Source: Eledone cirrhosa (Eukaryota). Taken from it: 64,000 nucleotides of DNA. Location: contig OZ024742.1 in assembly GCA_964016885.1 (NCBI GenBank), forward strand, positions 241,118,001-241,182,000, given 5' to 3'. Below the pieces are notes generated by a model. That model ran no database searches. It was not told the DNA's origin and saw nothing but the letters and a program-made list of their open reading frames with translations. Position 1 is the first letter of the stretch. Every line of letters begins with the position of its first letter. Of this stretch, positions 62,016 to 64,000 are shown one piece after another. A program made the translations under genes and the position numbers.

Positions 62016-64000
62016 TTATGTATGTATGTATATATATGTATATACAGGCGGAGAAGCTTTTGAAACGTGGACTTAAGAATGCTATTGTTCCGAACTTAAC
62101 CTAAAGAAATGAGAAAGAAGAACGAAATTTTTAAATAAAAAAGATTATACTGTGGTGCGTTCCAGATAACCTGTTCGGAACATAATATGTTCTCCCTCTT
62201 ACTCTCTCTTAAGTGAAAAGTTGTAATCGTCTAGAAGTTATATGTTAATAATATTTGGTAAGAGTGTATGGAATAATGCTGGTTATATTAAATGTTACGG
62301 AAATCCAGAAAAGGATAACACTAAAATTAAGGGTTAACTAAATAATTAGAATTCATTAATATCTATCCTATAAATAAAGAATTACCACCTTTATATAAAA
62401 TTTTCAAAAATAATTATTATTCAAAATAATTGTTATTCAAAATTATTATCTCAGTCAAAACGGATATACTCTTAGAATGTAATAATATGCATAGCTATTA
62501 GTAGATTATTACTTTGTAATACGGATATTGAGTGATATAAAACACTTATAATGAGCTGTAAAGTAACGATAAATAACTAACCTTACTAATCATAATATAA
62601 TAAAGGGAGGAATACGGGACTGTGTCCTGAATATATATTTTTTATCCCGCTAGTAAAATAAGTTGGATTATTTTGAATAAATAATGAATGAATATTACAT
62701 AATTTATGTACTAAATTTCGTAGCTGTTGATTAAACATAACTATTCATATATATAATGATTGCTTATTTTAAGATTGACCGCTTTTAAAATTTTCAAATG
62801 TCAATACTTCCGGTTATGATATAACGGACGCTAATTGACATATCGCTTATATAAACATTCATATATTTGCATCGTTATATAAGGTTTATATTTCCGTCGC
62901 TAACTTTATCCTTTTTCGTTTTCATTACATTTCACCGTAATGCAGTTTATATATAATATCTTCTTTTTTAAATGTATCATGGGTTACTTTACTGGTTACA
63001 GAAGGCAGTGTAACACAGTCTCTCTTCAATTTCTGTGCATATTGTCAATTACAATTTTTTTTACGTATCATATCTACTTGCATATATATTTGCGTATAAT
63101 ATAAATATGTACACTACACATGCTGCTAGCAGAAAACCACATTAAGGGCGGTTTTTCAGCTAGTTTACATAATATTGATAGAGAAATTAATATTTGAACA
63201 ACTTCATTTAGACACATATACAGAACCATATAGAGTAAGACCACCTAGATTTACCTTACAGGTTCATAAATCAGACACAATAATAATCTGTCCATTAGAC
63301 TTATTAGCCCTGCCACATCAGATATAGAAAGTATAACTAAACAAATATTAAATAAATTAATAGTTATTGTAAGGCACCACTCAATTCATGGGCAATAAAA
63401 ACCAAGTGTTTGCTTTCTTTGTGGAATAAAAAGAATAATCTAAATTTTTTCAGTTTGTTATCATTAGTTATTTGTTTTCTTCTGTATCTTCTATTCTACT
63501 AAATGAAGTCTTCATCCTAGTGTGTGTGTGTGTGTGTTTTGTGCGTGAACGTTTGTCTGTAAGTGCTCTATGTCCAATAGTAGAACTAATATTTATTTAT
63601 GATTCCTACACATGATATTACACCATCGACTACCAATTGGTTCGTAACCAAAGGAGCTAACATAATATGCAAGCGTTAAACGAGGCTAGTCTTCAGACCC
63701 TGTGTGTTTATAAATGCTTTATACGATAACATACAAGATCCTATGTTAATATACGAAACTACAGTTTGTATGAATAAATAATCATAAGAAGGAACATCTT
63801 TTGATGAAAATAAACAGAAGTACCTTTAGTATTTTACAAAAATTTTATTCATCATACTAATCTGGTGACGGTTGTATGGGAAGTCTATTAATGTGAATAA
63901 GGTTTACATTGAATCGAAAGAATAGGAAAGTGATGTGCACAGATTGAGTGAATTAGGTGGGTTAGTTAATGTGCAGTGAGTAAATGTTATATTATTATAG

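Overview
This is AT-rich, microsatellite-dense eukaryotic DNA. The SINE types and repeat landscape suggest a cephalopod/octopus-like invertebrate, which is inference. No host gene can be called with confidence, and most ORF-track entries are microsatellite or antisense noise. (1) At 7.6-26.2 kb is a head-to-tail array of four Tx1/L1-clade non-LTR retrotransposons of different subfamilies, punctuated by (TATC)n. Copy 1 has an intact APE-RT-Zn ORF2. In these elements the apparent ORF1 stop overlaps a consensus 5' splice donor and the ORF2 stop is a consensus 3' acceptor, so ORF2 may be an intron. (2) At 27-55 kb are about a dozen asymmetric palindromes, nearly all bounded by (TA)n, from several unrelated families. 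Many carry minimal hammerhead-ribozyme (HHR) cores, including U3:A8 variants. They flank a decayed Penelope-like element (RT + GIY-YIG + HHR + inverted 5' segment) that provides a mechanistic explanation. (3) Also present are RLE-type non-LTR 3' ends in (CATA)n, CRE- and RTE-like relics, a non-autonomous Helitron, and Nin/Deu-type and CORE-type tRNA SINEs. Different retroelement families appear to partition different microsatellites as landing pads.
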